Part shown: piece after piece, positions 19,196-29,284 of the stretch
How positions within the stretch are numbered: the first letter of the stretch is position 1
How the letters are laid out: each line of letters starts with the position of its first letter
NCBI GenBank assembly: GCA_024720975.1
Contig: JANJXX010000002.1
Span: forward strand, 32,001 to 96,000
Length of the DNA stretch: 64,000 bases
From: Thermoproteota archaeon
GTDB lineage: Archaea > Asgardarchaeota > Njordarchaeia > Njordarchaeales > Panguiarchaeaceae
Reading direction: 5' to 3'
Translations under genes and position numbers: made by a program
The notes under the pieces: generated by a model
Database searches by the model: none
The model's input: only the letters and a program-made list of their open reading frames with translations
What the model was told of the DNA's origin: nothing

Positions 19196-20548
19196 TTGAG
19201 TGCCATATTTCAAGGACTTCGAAAATTGTTTAGCAAACTACGAGGACGTTACATAGACGAGAAAGAGCTGGATAACATACTCAAGAATCTTCAAAGAACG
19301 TTAATAGAATCAGACGTAAACGTTAACCTCGCAACATCACTAGCAGAACGCATTAGGGAAAAAGTTTTAGAAGCAAAAATACCGACAGGAGTGTCGATCG
19401 ATACTATTGTCATGAGAGTCCTCTACGAGGAGCTTGTGAAATTCTTAGGCGAAAAAAGATACAGCTTAAACATACAGCCCGGTAAGAGGAATGTCATAGT
19501 GCTCATAGGTTTACAGGGAAGTGGGAAAACAACAACTGCTGCCAAGTTAGCCTTTTGGTTAAAGAGAAGAGGATTAAATGTTGGACTGATTTGCGCTGAT
19601 ACATATAGACCTGCAGCATATGACCAATTAAAGCAATTGGCCGAGCAAATTAGCGTCAAATTCTATGGGGACCAAAAAGAAAGAGACCCGATAAAGATCA
19701 TAGAGAAAGGTCTTAAGGAGTTAAGGAACATAGACGTTATAATAGTTGATACTGCCGGGCGCCACAAAGAAGAGAAGGGTCTTATGAAAGAAATGCAAGA
19801 GATCGTGGATAAATTTAAGCCGAATGAAGTTCTACTTGTCATAGATGGTCTAATCGGACAAAGAGCTTATGACCAAGCTAAAGCATTTAAGGAAGCTGTA
19901 GGAGAAATCGGAGGAATTATCGTGACTAAGTTAGATGGAAGCGCGCGCGGCGGAGGAGCTTTGTCAGCAGCAGTTGCTGCGGGAGCTCCGATAAAATTCA
20001 TAGGTACCGGTGAACACATTGAGGAGTTCGAACCCTATGATCCTCCTACGTTTGTATGTAGAATCCTTGGCTTACCAGACAAAACATTCTTAGAAGAGTT
20101 ACTTCAAGCTGTCCCGGAGAAGTTACTAATGAAGACAGCCAAGGATTTAACATTAAAAGACTTGCGAGACTACTATGAAAACATGCTTAAAAAAGAGGGC
20201 GGAGTTTTAGGAAAGCTCAAAGAGATGTTCTCTGGTATCAGCGAAAGGGAAATAAGAAAAAACATTGGGCGGACCCTTGCGTTACTAAAGGCACTAAACG
20301 AGGATGAATTATACAATGTTGAGCTTCTTAAAAATCCTGAGCGAATCGATCGCATTGCTCGTGGTAGTGGTGTTGATCGAACTTATGTTAAAAAATTTAT
20401 AAAACAATTTCACTACCTCAGAAAGCTAGTCAATACAATGATGCGCCAACGTGGATTGCGGAAGGAGGAAGCTTTGAAGCAAATAATGGAACAGGGATTT
20501 GATCCTAGAACCCTTACAAGAATTACTCAGAAGAAAATTGGCGCATAA
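19196..20548 (+). CDS. srp54: Signal recognition particle protein SRP54
   Basis: [44 protein letters not shown]. Confidence 0.95.
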   Translation: MSAIFQGLRKLFSKLRGRYIDEKELDNILKNLQRTLIESDVNVNLATSLAERIREKVLEAKIPTGVSIDTIVMRVLYEELVKFLGEKRYSLNIQPGKRNVIVLIGLQGSGKTTTAAKLAFWLKRRGLNVGLICADTYRPAAYDQLKQLAEQISVKFYGDQKERDPIKIIEKGLKELRNIDVIIVDTAGRHKEEKGLMKEMQEIVDKFKPNEVLLVIDGLIGQRAYDQAKAFKEAVGEIGGIIVTKLDGSARGGGALSAAVAAGAPIKFIGTGEHIEEFEPYDPPTFVCRILGLPDKTFLEELLQAVPEKLLMKTAKDLTLKDLRDYYENMLKKEGGVLGKLKEMFSGISEREIRKNIGRTLALLKALNEDELYNVELLKNPERIDRIARGSGVDRTYVKKFIKQFHYLRKLVNTMMRQRGLRKEEALKQIMEQGFDPRTLTRITQKKIGA

Positions 20549-21675
20549 TGATGGAAAAAAGAATCAGAGACCGCGTCCTTCTGCTCCTGGCCATAAAACC
20601 ACCTGGCAAAGCCGTTAGTCTCAATCACATCCATGAGAAAGTTAATAGGGATTGCAATGCATCCAGAGAAGAAATTATCCAAGCGATCAATGAGCTCATA
20701 AGAGAAAACCTCGTCCAGCGTAAGGAGGACAATTACGCTGTCACTGAAGAAGGAAGAAAAGCTGCGTGGAATCTTGCATTTGATCCTCAAATGAATCGTA
20801 GCTACAGGCAAATCTATATTGCACGTTGGTACTATGAACATGTTGAGAGCTTAATTCTGCCCTTCCTAATTAAAAGACCAGTTAGCGTCGTTAAGATCTT
20901 TTCAGATGAATCCGATCCTATAAATAAAGTCAAGCCGATTTTCTCTCGATATGCTAAGCAGAAGCCGAAAGAGTACAATTACATAAACTCAAGTGCTGAT
21001 TTATGGAGGTACATAGATGCGCATGCCGTTGATTTCATACCATACGTACACTCAAGAATTGATCAAGAGTACCCGGATTGGTTCATTGTTGACATCGACG
21101 CTGGTGATGCTATAAAGTCCTCTGAAAACGGATTCGAGCTCATAAAAGAGATAACAAAAGAGACCTATCTTACTCTCTACGAGGAATTTGACATCCAAGC
21201 TTATATTAAGTTCTCTGGAGGTCGAGGATTTCAAATTTGGGCGACATTTGATAGACCGCTAGGAAGCTTCGAAACATATAGAGACGCCGTCAAGCTTCTT
21301 CAAAGATTTGTTGAAAAAAGACTTGAGAATAGGTATGAAGAGCTTAGAAGAAAATATGAAAGTATCTTTGATGTGCCAATAACAACAAGTGACGTTGCCC
21401 ATACCGAAAAAAGAGCTCGCAAGATTCTGTTAGATTGGAGTAGTCTGAAGCCTGAGGGGGATATCAGAGCTCCCTGGTCTATGCATTGGAAGACGGGACT
21501 CATAAGTGTGCCGGTTGATTATAAAAGAATCCAAACGTTCAAAGTTGAAGATGCAAACCCTATAAAGGTTGTTCAGAACATCAAGATCCTCGAACGCTTG
21601 TTTGAATTAAAGCCGTCTAACTCCACAACATTAAGGAAAGTACTGCGGCCTTCGCTAGATCTTTTCTTTAATTAG
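20548..21675 (+). CDS. Winged helix fused to a LigD-PolDom-like archaeo-eukaryotic primase-polymerase
   Basis: N-terminal wHTH (...YAVTEEGR); AEP motifs PDWFIVDID, KFSGGRGFQI, ILLDW; APWSM...SVP; C-terminal SLDLFF. Confidence 0.75.
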   Translation: MMEKRIRDRVLLLLAIKPPGKAVSLNHIHEKVNRDCNASREEIIQAINELIRENLVQRKEDNYAVTEEGRKAAWNLAFDPQMNRSYRQIYIARWYYEHVESLILPFLIKRPVSVVKIFSDESDPINKVKPIFSRYAKQKPKEYNYINSSADLWRYIDAHAVDFIPYVHSRIDQEYPDWFIVDIDAGDAIKSSENGFELIKEITKETYLTLYEEFDIQAYIKFSGGRGFQIWATFDRPLGSFETYRDAVKLLQRFVEKRLENRYEELRRKYESIFDVPITTSDVAHTEKRARKILLDWSSLKPEGDIRAPWSMHWKTGLISVPVDYKRIQTFKVEDANPIKVVQNIKILERLFELKPSNSTTLRKVLRPSLDLFFN

Positions 21676-21719
21676 TGGACTAATGTGCAAAAGAAAAATT
21701 AGGGAAAAAGAATTCCTAG

Positions 21720-23108
21720 TTGGTGCAAATCATGGAGATCGGGCATGTATTCAGAGCCTATGATATTAGAGGTATCGCAAATAAGGATCTCACTCCAGAC
21801 TTAATACTTAAAGCTTCTAATATCTTCGCAAACCTAGTATCGGAAAACAATGGAAGATGTGTTGCTATAAGTGGAGATGTGAGAGCTTCTACCATGAGCT
21901 TTATATATGCATCAGTTTCTGGTGTCATCTCAGCAGGCTTGCATACATATCTGACTTACCCATTACCGATACCAACTTTCTGTTTCTTAATTTGGAGGAG
22001 TAAACAAATAGCTGGAGGCGCATATGTAACAGCATCGCATAACCCGCCCGAATACAATGGAATAAGATTTAGAAGAGGCGATGGAACAGGTTTCTCCAGC
22101 GAAAATCTCGAAGTTAAAGAACGCTTCTTTAAGGGAATTGTGAAATATGCGGAGTGGCACAGCATCGGTAGAGTCAGACGCATCCCTAATAAGAGAATCA
22201 TTGAGCAGTACATCGACTTCATAAATTCTAGGATACCTGGTGCTTCTAAGAGTTTAAGTGTAATTATTGATGGGAAAAATGGTGCCGCCAATTTAGTCAT
22301 AACAGAGCTCTTTGCCAAGCTCGGCCATAGGATTCTCGGCATAAACACAAACATAGATGGGAAATTTCCATCAGGAATGCCAGATCCTCTCCACGGCGAC
22401 ACCAGCCATTTAAGTAGCCTGACAGCTCAAACAAAAAAACCTGGAATAGCCTACGATGGAGACGGAGATCGTGCTGCGTTTTTCGATGAGAACGGTAGAT
22501 TAGTACCTTCTGAAATCATCGGATTATTTCTTGCAGAGAATTTGCTGAAAGCTAACGACGTGATTGTCTACAATACGATGTGCAGCTCTATTATCAGAAG
22601 AAAAGCTGAGGAAATGGGATTTAGAACGGTTGAATGCCGAGTTGGCGATGTCTTTATGTCGGAAGCTCTAAAAAAGCACCAAGGAAAGTTAGGTGTTGAA
22701 GAATCCTACCATTTCTTCTTACCAGTCTATGGCTTCTATTATGATGACGCTATAATGGCCTCTACATTAGTGATTAATTTGCTTGCACAGACTGAAAAAA
22801 CATTAGCCAACATATATGACTCTTATGGTCCATTTCACACAATTCGAATGAACATTGGGGTTAGCGAAGACATAAAATTCCTGGCAATCGATAAGTTCAA
22901 GGAATGGGCCCTAAATAATTATAGTGAGGTAAGTGTCGTTGATGGCGTTAAGATCTATCTGGACAATGGCAGTTTCTTAGCCCGTCCCTCTAATACTGAA
23001 CCCCTAATAAGAATTGTGGCTGACGCAGATAACAAAAACTACGCAGAGGAAATCATAACGAAATTTACTAAAAAGCTTGAAGACATTATTGCTAGTTTAA
23101 CTACATAG
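21720..23108 (+). CDS. Phosphomannomutase/phosphoglucomutase
   Basis: FRAYDIRG, TASHNP, DGDGDR, RPSNTEP. Confidence 0.95.
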   Translation: MVQIMEIGHVFRAYDIRGIANKDLTPDLILKASNIFANLVSENNGRCVAISGDVRASTMSFIYASVSGVISAGLHTYLTYPLPIPTFCFLIWRSKQIAGGAYVTASHNPPEYNGIRFRRGDGTGFSSENLEVKERFFKGIVKYAEWHSIGRVRRIPNKRIIEQYIDFINSRIPGASKSLSVIIDGKNGAANLVITELFAKLGHRILGINTNIDGKFPSGMPDPLHGDTSHLSSLTAQTKKPGIAYDGDGDRAAFFDENGRLVPSEIIGLFLAENLLKANDVIVYNTMCSSIIRRKAEEMGFRTVECRVGDVFMSEALKKHQGKLGVEESYHFFLPVYGFYYDDAIMASTLVINLLAQTEKTLANIYDSYGPFHTIRMNIGVSEDIKFLAIDKFKEWALNNYSEVSVVDGVKIYLDNGSFLARPSNTEPLIRIVADADNKNYAEEIITKFTKKLEDIIASLTT

Positions 23109-24056
23109 TTAGGCCGACGCTGCCGCTGACTTTATCTTAAACTTAAACTCTACCTTTAGCTCATTATTGAATGCTTTCTCCGCACCCTCAAGTATTTTGT
23201 CACGAAGATTTGCTATAATAGCATCCGCATTTTCGATGCTAACTTTACCTTCTTTCAGGTCTTGATATAATTCATGGAGGATTTTCCCAATATATTTAGC
23301 AAAGGGAGTGTTTCCGCGAACTTTGAGCACGGGTTTTATTACAGTTTCAATGAATCTGCGACCACGCTTGATTATTTTAATTCCAAGTTCTATGCTAAGC
23401 TTTTTGAGTATATCTTCATCAAAACCTAATTCCTTAAGTTTTTCTTGCAAGCTAACTACTTGACCATCCTCTATGTATCGAACCCTTTGGAGACCGTTCT
23501 TGAGAACTTGCATGCCAATTTTCTCGACTAACTTAGAGAGGATACGATCGGACATAATCGATTCCGCGCTCATTTCCTTTATGCTTTGACCAGATCTCGA
23601 TACTATTGTCAGGTTAATCTGTCTTGTGTATTCACTGATTATAGCTCCTCTCACAGTTTTTTTACGATAGACCTTTCTATTATCAATTAATTTGTATCCC
23701 CCACCTCGCTTCTCAACCTTGTATCTGTAGAACCTTATCCCTGGAGGTTCCGTCAACGAGACTTTTCTGAGTTCAGTAGAAATTATTGAGGGATTGTGCG
23801 GAAATCCGAATTTATCGGTTGCTCCGCTTATACTAAACGTGTAGCCTGGAAGACCTATTTCCGAGCCATCTAGTAACTGTCCAATGCGTTTACCATACAG
23901 AGCTCTCTTACTCTTCTCATCTTGTAGCATAATTTCAAATGCTAATCCCGTGCCCATGAATGCCTTTCCGTCACTTATAACCAGTATTATTCCCTCGGGC
24001 TTTGGAGCTTTCTCTTTTTTAACAACCTTCTTTTTCCTATGGACCAAATCTTTCAC
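23109..24056 (-). CDS. rps6e: 30S ribosomal protein S6e with a ~160-aa C-terminal extension
   Basis: LVISDGK, LYGKRIG, ISGATDKFGFP, KKTVRGAII, QINLTIV in the N-terminal half. Confidence 0.85.
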   Translation of the reverse strand: MKDLVHRKKKVVKKEKAPKPEGIILVISDGKAFMGTGLAFEIMLQDEKSKRALYGKRIGQLLDGSEIGLPGYTFSISGATDKFGFPHNPSIISTELRKVSLTEPPGIRFYRYKVEKRGGGYKLIDNRKVYRKKTVRGAIISEYTRQINLTIVSRSGQSIKEMSAESIMSDRILSKLVEKIGMQVLKNGLQRVRYIEDGQVVSLQEKLKELGFDEDILKKLSIELGIKIIKRGRRFIETVIKPVLKVRGNTPFAKYIGKILHELYQDLKEGKVSIENADAIIANLRDKILEGAEKAFNNELKVEFKFKIKSAAASA

Positions 24057-24653
24057 CTACAGAAATACCATAAAGTTTTCAACTGGTTCTTCTATTGATT
24101 CATCAGGACCCAAAACTTCCCTTTCCCTTAGATATTGATTTGTCAGTAACCAGTATATGAGAGCCAAAGATTTACGTCCTCTATTATTACATGGTATTAC
24201 TAAATCTACATTGTAGGGCTCATTTGATGTATCGCATAAGGAGATTATAGGAACCCCAATTTTATTGGCTTCTCTTATTACATTAGCTTCCTTAGATGGG
24301 TCCGATATGAAAACTAATTCTGGTTCCTTATACTGCGGCAGGGATGGGTTAGTTAATATGCCCGCGTAGTATTTCCCTATCATTGCTGGAATTCCTGTCC
24401 ACTTAGAGAACATCAACAAAGGTTTCTGAGCGTAAATCCTCATAGCAAATGCGAAAATATGCTCGGGTTCATAGTTTGCCATCATTTTAGCTGCAATTCT
24501 TACTCGTTCATCAGTTTTTCGGATGTCAATGAGATAAACTCCAACTTTCTTCGTGTGAACGTATTGTTGCATAGGATCTGCCAAGCTGTGAGTCCCGATG
24601 TGAACACCGAATTTCATATACGTCTTAGCGGGAACCAGCAATTCATCCGGCAT
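24057..24653 (-). CDS. rps2: 30S ribosomal protein S2
   Basis: GVHIGT, IDIRKTDER, GILTNP, VDLVIPCNNRGRKSLALIYWLL. Confidence 0.97.
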   Translation of the reverse strand: MPDELLVPAKTYMKFGVHIGTHSLADPMQQYVHTKKVGVYLIDIRKTDERVRIAAKMMANYEPEHIFAFAMRIYAQKPLLMFSKWTGIPAMIGKYYAGILTNPSLPQYKEPELVFISDPSKEANVIREANKIGVPIISLCDTSNEPYNVDLVIPCNNRGRKSLALIYWLLTNQYLREREVLGPDESIEEPVENFMVFL

Positions 24654-24666
24654 CTAATCACCGCAC

Positions 24667-24903
24667 TTAAGATTTCCTCTCCATATCGCCGTAAGCGCTT
24701 CTAAACCATCTATGTTCGTATAGAATTATAGCATCTATTAACTCTAAATGCGCGAGAAACATTCTTCGACAGCACTCTTTTTTCACACCTAAGCTATCAA
24801 GTACTAGCCCGGGATCTTCTCCTGCCTTTACCCTCGCAGCAAATTTTTCCCAGAGGTGACCGATCATTTCACCACAACTAAAGCACCTTATAGGGATGAT
24901 TAT
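24667..24903 (-). CDS. rpoN: RNA polymerase subunit N (Rpo10), ATA start
   Basis: ATA ATC ATC CCT ATA AGG TGC TTT AGT TGT GGT = (M)IIPIRCFSCG, followed by ...CCRRMFL; in-frame TGA at 24912-24910. Confidence 0.93.
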   Translation of the reverse strand: MIIPIRCFSCGEMIGHLWEKFAARVKAGEDPGLVLDSLGVKKECCRRMFLAHLELIDAIILYEHRWFRSAYGDMERKS

Positions 24904-25170
24904 TTTTGTTCACCTTAGCGCTATTGTAACGACATTTGCTTGTTAACTTACAGTTAGCAAATCCTTATCATATTGGCTTTGATATTATAAAAAGAATGCA
25001 CCTTCTAAACTACTTATTCATTTAAAAGCATTCAATAGGTTTGTTGACAACTGACTGATAGTTATAGTTAATAGTACGTCGAATCATTGACTTTGGTTCG
25101 AATATCGAAATGTTCCCCCTTAAATTTGAATAAGCAATGAGTACACTTTGCATTATATTGGTGTGCCTTC

Positions 25171-25851
25171 ATGAAAATAACAAAGCTTGAAGATCTAAAG
25201 GAGCATCTGGAAGACTCCATAAAGAAAGCTGTTACGCTCGCGCCAAAAAGGAACTTTGAGGAAAGCGTAGAGTGCATTATGGTCATACGCGACGTTGATC
25301 TAAGACATCCTGAGAACAGATTTAGGTTACTCGTAAAACTTCCAAATAAGGTTGCTAAAATCGACAAGATAGGGGTATTCGCAGATGGTCCTCATTTATC
25401 TCAGATACAATCCACAAAAATTGAAGACGCCATTGTTGAGGTTATAGATCGCGCAAAGCTAGAGGTTTTAAGATCAAAATCAAGGGCTACAAGAAAACTA
25501 GCCAGAAAACTTCGAATCTTTATTGCAAGTGCGCCTCTAATGCCAATAATCGGTAAGTATGTTGCAAAATATTTATCACCACTAAACAAAATGCCTATTC
25601 CAATTCCATTGGATCAAAACATTATAGACGCTCTAAACGACGCGAAGCATACGGTAGCTGTCAGACTCTCTACATCGCCGCAAATAGCTACAAGGATAGG
25701 ATACAAATCCATGAAAATTGAGCAATTAACCGAAAATGCCTTTACATTAGTGAGCGCTGTGGTTGGTAAATTACCCAGCGGGCTTAGTAATATAAGTGAC
25801 ATTTACATTAAGACGACCATGGGGCCGCCAGCAAGGATATCATTGGAGTAG
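25171..25851 (+). CDS. rpl1: 50S ribosomal protein L1
   Basis: KRNFEESVE, LSPLNKMP, IYIKTTMGP. Confidence 0.95.
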   Translation: MKITKLEDLKEHLEDSIKKAVTLAPKRNFEESVECIMVIRDVDLRHPENRFRLLVKLPNKVAKIDKIGVFADGPHLSQIQSTKIEDAIVEVIDRAKLEVLRSKSRATRKLARKLRIFIASAPLMPIIGKYVAKYLSPLNKMPIPIPLDQNIIDALNDAKHTVAVRLSTSPQIATRIGYKSMKIEQLTENAFTLVSAVVGKLPSGLSNISDIYIKTTMGPPARISLE

Positions 25852-25860
25852 GAGATTGCT

Positions 25861-26898
25861 ATGTCATACGCATTAATATATAAGAGGAAAAAGCCCTACC
25901 CTGAAACAAAGATAAGTAAAGTCCAAGAGCTTTCGAAGCTTCTTAAGACTTACCGCAACATTCTACTCATAAGCATCAGGGATGTTAGTGCAAATCAAAT
26001 GAAAGAATTGAGGGCAAAAATATGGGGCAAGGGAGTTTGTAAGGTTGTAAAGAATACTCTAGCAAGAATAGCTATAGACAATGCTTCCAAAGAACGAAAG
26101 GAACTATCGATACTCAGGGACCACCTGACGGATATGCATGCCTTTGTGTTCACTAATCAAGATCCTTTCGAAATAGCGCAGATTGTAGATTCAATTAAGG
26201 AGGCAAGATTATTAAAACCAGGCAAGATTGCACCAATAGACGTTGTGATACAGAAGGGATTTACGGGGTTCAAGCCTGGGCCTGAACTAAGCGAGATTAG
26301 GATGGCAGGAATCCCGGTCAGAATTCTTGATGGTGAGGTTTTCATAACTGAGAACTATACACTAGTTCGAGCAGGGCAGGTCGTATCTCCGTATGCAGCG
26401 CGCGTCATGGCTCTCCTTGACATAAAGCCGCTAAAAATAGGACCTAAAGTTATTCTAGGACTTATCGACAACACAATTGTTCGGGCTGAAATTTTACTTA
26501 GACCACTGGAGGAATACTTCAAAGATATACAAGTAGCTGTTAATGAGGGAAGAACACTAGCGATAGAAGCTAAGATACCGGTTCCCGAAGTTACTGAAGA
26601 CCTCATTAGTGTTGCTACAAAAGAGGCTCTCAATTTGGCTACAGAGATAGCTTTCATCTTACCAGAGACTATACCTGAACTAATAGGACTTGCCTTGATT
26701 GAAATTATTTCTCTACTAAATGTGGTGAAAGACTACCTTCCTGTCATCCCAGAAGAATTAAAGGCGCTTATTCCTACTGCACTAGAATCAAAATCAATGC
26801 CTCCGACTAAAGAAGAAAATATCGGAGAGGAAAAAAAGGAAGAAAAGAAGGAGAAAAAGGAGGAAGAAACTTTAGCCGGATTAAGTTTGCTTTTCTAG
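25861..26898 (+). CDS. rpl10: 50S ribosomal protein L10 (P0)
   Basis: VVKNTL, KPGKIAP, TGFKPGP, acidic tail EEETLAGLSLLF. Confidence 0.95.
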   Translation: MSYALIYKRKKPYPETKISKVQELSKLLKTYRNILLISIRDVSANQMKELRAKIWGKGVCKVVKNTLARIAIDNASKERKELSILRDHLTDMHAFVFTNQDPFEIAQIVDSIKEARLLKPGKIAPIDVVIQKGFTGFKPGPELSEIRMAGIPVRILDGEVFITENYTLVRAGQVVSPYAARVMALLDIKPLKIGPKVILGLIDNTIVRAEILLRPLEEYFKDIQVAVNEGRTLAIEAKIPVPEVTEDLISVATKEALNLATEIAFILPETIPELIGLALIEIISLLNVVKDYLPVIPEELKALIPTALESKSMPPTKEENIGEEKKEEKKEKKEEETLAGLSLLF

Positions 26899-27067
26899 TC
26901 CTGTTGCGCGCATCTATATAACTCCAAACTATTTCTGCTTCTAAGATGCTCTAATATCAAACTCCGGCGTGATCATTCAGACTTACAGCACGTGTATTTT
27001 TACATAAGAACCTAAACTATTCGAATTCGAATTTTAGAAAAATTGTTGAGATTTTATCCACGTTAGC

Positions 27068-27430
27068 CTAATCCCTTGCTCCTTCTAGAAGTTTTTTGAC
27101 TCTTTCCACCATTTGTTTCATTTCATTGAGGTACTGGATTTTGCTAGCTCTTATTGTAACTATGAGGTTGTAGTCTTCATATCTAACAAAAAGTAAAGCT
27201 AAACCAGACTGGAGGTATATTGTCAAGAAGCTTATCTGGTCGTGCGCGGATAATATTCTATTCAAGGCACTTTCGGCGCTCTTGATAACCGAATTCATAA
27301 TTTTTATGATTAAGTTTACACTGTCAGAGTCTATGTTAGCGTTAATTATTTCATCGCCGTTTTTGTATATTATGACCCACTTTACATCACTTATACTTAA
27401 TAGAGCCTTGTAAAACGTATTCAAGTCCAA
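27068..27430 (-). CDS. Roadblock/LC7-like fold protein
   Basis: Helix-beta2-helix-beta3-helix pattern (VKWVIIYKNG...SAESAL...FLTIYL...NLIVTI); 120 aa. Confidence 0.55.
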   Translation of the reverse strand: MDLNTFYKALLSISDVKWVIIYKNGDEIINANIDSDSVNLIIKIMNSVIKSAESALNRILSAHDQISFLTIYLQSGLALLFVRYEDYNLIVTIRASKIQYLNEMKQMVERVKKLLEGARD

Positions 27431-27440
27431 AGCACTTCCC

Positions 27441-27965
27441 TCATAATAGTCTACGTATTTCTAGAAGCGATTTCAGAATTTCAAGAAGGTCCTTTACACT
27501 AAGTCTATTAATTTCTATTTCCAGTGCATAGCTCATCTGGTAAAGCAATCTCTTTATCATAGACTCTAGTTGTTTGTTCACGTCTTCCCCAGTTTTTTCG
27601 CCGGTTTTCTCAGCCGCCAGTGCACTTACCTCTCTTTCATGTGCTTCCCTGCTTGAAATTCCCTCTGGACTTCTAATAATCGTGGCCTCTTCTAACTTTA
27701 AAACGCCGCCTTCAGCTATTTCACCGATAATTTTCACCTTCGATGAATCCAATTTATTTAATTCCTCCGGTGTAGCTAGATAAACATCGCAATTCGGGCA
27801 ATATCTCAATCCGACGTCTTTTTTCAAAAAGAGAATTGCTGAACACACTGGACAAACTTCATCAAGCATTCTATGCCCTTCCCTTAGCAGTAGAACCATC
27901 TTTTTTACTAATTCATTTCTGAGTTCCGGATTTTTCACCCAGTCTTTTTTTATTTCATCGGACAA
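27441..27965 (-). CDS. UPF0148 / Sjogren autoantigen p27-like Zn-ribbon protein
   Basis: LLREGHRMLDEVCPVC...RYCPNC. Confidence 0.85.
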   Translation of the reverse strand: MSDEIKKDWVKNPELRNELVKKMVLLLREGHRMLDEVCPVCSAILFLKKDVGLRYCPNCDVYLATPEELNKLDSSKVKIIGEIAEGGVLKLEEATIIRSPEGISSREAHEREVSALAAEKTGEKTGEDVNKQLESMIKRLLYQMSYALEIEINRLSVKDLLEILKSLLEIRRLL

Positions 27966-28170
27966 AAATTACACCGAGTTCAATCAAGTTTATGATCAAA
28001 CTAGCTTAATGCGTGACTATCTATTTAAAATCCTGTCAACTTTTACTAATAACTGGAACACATGTTCCATCTCTATTTGAGAGCAATATAAAAATGGATT
28101 ACATTAAGCCAGATTATATTTAAAAGCCTTAAAATTAGACTTTGATTTCGTCATTTAGAGGGAAAAGAAA

Positions 28171-28683
28171 ATGCCTACAAAGAGAGAGGCTAAATGCTAC
28201 AGAAAAGTGCCAGTCCATCCATACACTAGAGTGGAGTATATAAAAAGCGTGCCACAGTCCAAAATTAGGATCTTTAATATGGGCAACCCAAATGAAAGGT
28301 ATGACTATAAAGTGATGTTGATCTCTAAGCAAAGAGCTATGATTTTAGCGCGGGCATTGGAAGCAGCAAGGATAGCTACCAACAGATATTTAAGCGAAAG
28401 TATTGGTAAAGGTACCTTCTTCATTCGAGTCCGGCCAGTTCCTCATGCGATAGTGAGAGAAAGAAAGTTCCTAGGAACGGCCGGTGCCGATCGGATACAA
28501 AAAGGTATGAGACGAGCTTATGGAAAACCATCAGATCGCGCTGCAATAGTTGAAGTAAACGATATTATCTTAGAACTATGGGTCCACTCAAAGGATCTAG
28601 AAACTGCAAAAAAAGCAGCAAAATTAGCAGCATATAAAATAGGTGTGAGTACCAGAATCGAGGTTACGCCATTTAGCAAATGA
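28171..28683 (+). CDS. rpl10e: 50S ribosomal protein L10e (uL16)
   Basis: PYTRVEYI, ALEAARI, AGADRIQKGMRRAYGKP. Confidence 0.97.
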   Translation: MPTKREAKCYRKVPVHPYTRVEYIKSVPQSKIRIFNMGNPNERYDYKVMLISKQRAMILARALEAARIATNRYLSESIGKGTFFIRVRPVPHAIVRERKFLGTAGADRIQKGMRRAYGKPSDRAAIVEVNDIILELWVHSKDLETAKKAAKLAAYKIGVSTRIEVTPFSK

Positions 28684-28786
28684 CAATAATTAATCATTAT
28701 CACAATTATGATGTATGCGATTAATGATTATTCAGCATGCCTTTTAATTTCCGAATTAAGATAAAATTGTCAGTGAGGGAACATCC

Positions 28787-29284
28787 ATGTCAAAACGAAA
28801 GGCGAAACTCATATTACCTAAGAGTCTGATCAACAAATTTATAAAACCACCAGAATTCAAAAATATTGTACGTATTGTCGATACTGATTTACCCGGAGAA
28901 CTTCCAGTATTGTGGGCGTTGACTAGAATCCTAGGCGTTGGCATAAGTTTTGCAAACGCTATCGTAAAAGTAGCAGATATTGATCCTAGGCGCCTACTTG
29001 GCACCCTAACAGATGAAGAAATAGCAAAACTGGACAGTATTATAAGAAATCCCATTCAGTATGCTATTCCGGCATGGTTGTTAAATCGAAGATACGATAG
29101 AGAAACCGGAGAGCACATCCATCTTACAGGTAGCAAATTAACTCTCCAGCTTAAAAAAGACATTGAACGCCTAATAAATCTAGGGCACTGGAGAGGAATC
29201 AGACATAGCAGGGGACTTAAAGTCCGAGGTCAAAGACTCGGACGCAGCAGACCAAGAGCTATTATACACCACCTTAAGAGGTAA
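28787..29284 (+). CDS. rps13: 30S ribosomal protein S13
   Basis: IVRIVDTDLPG, IPAWLLNRR, WRGIRHSRGLKVRGQR. Confidence 0.95.
   Translation: MSKRKAKLILPKSLINKFIKPPEFKNIVRIVDTDLPGELPVLWALTRILGVGISFANAIVKVADIDPRRLLGTLTDEEIAKLDSIIRNPIQYAIPAWLLNRRYDRETGEHIHLTGSKLTLQLKKDIERLINLGHWRGIRHSRGLKVRGQRLGRSRPRAIIHHLKR

Noticed and set aside
26810-26880. GAA/AAG-rich repeats in rpl10, rpl12 and the thermosome 3' end
   Set aside because: These encode ordinary Glu/Lys-rich tails and are not DNA repeat elements.
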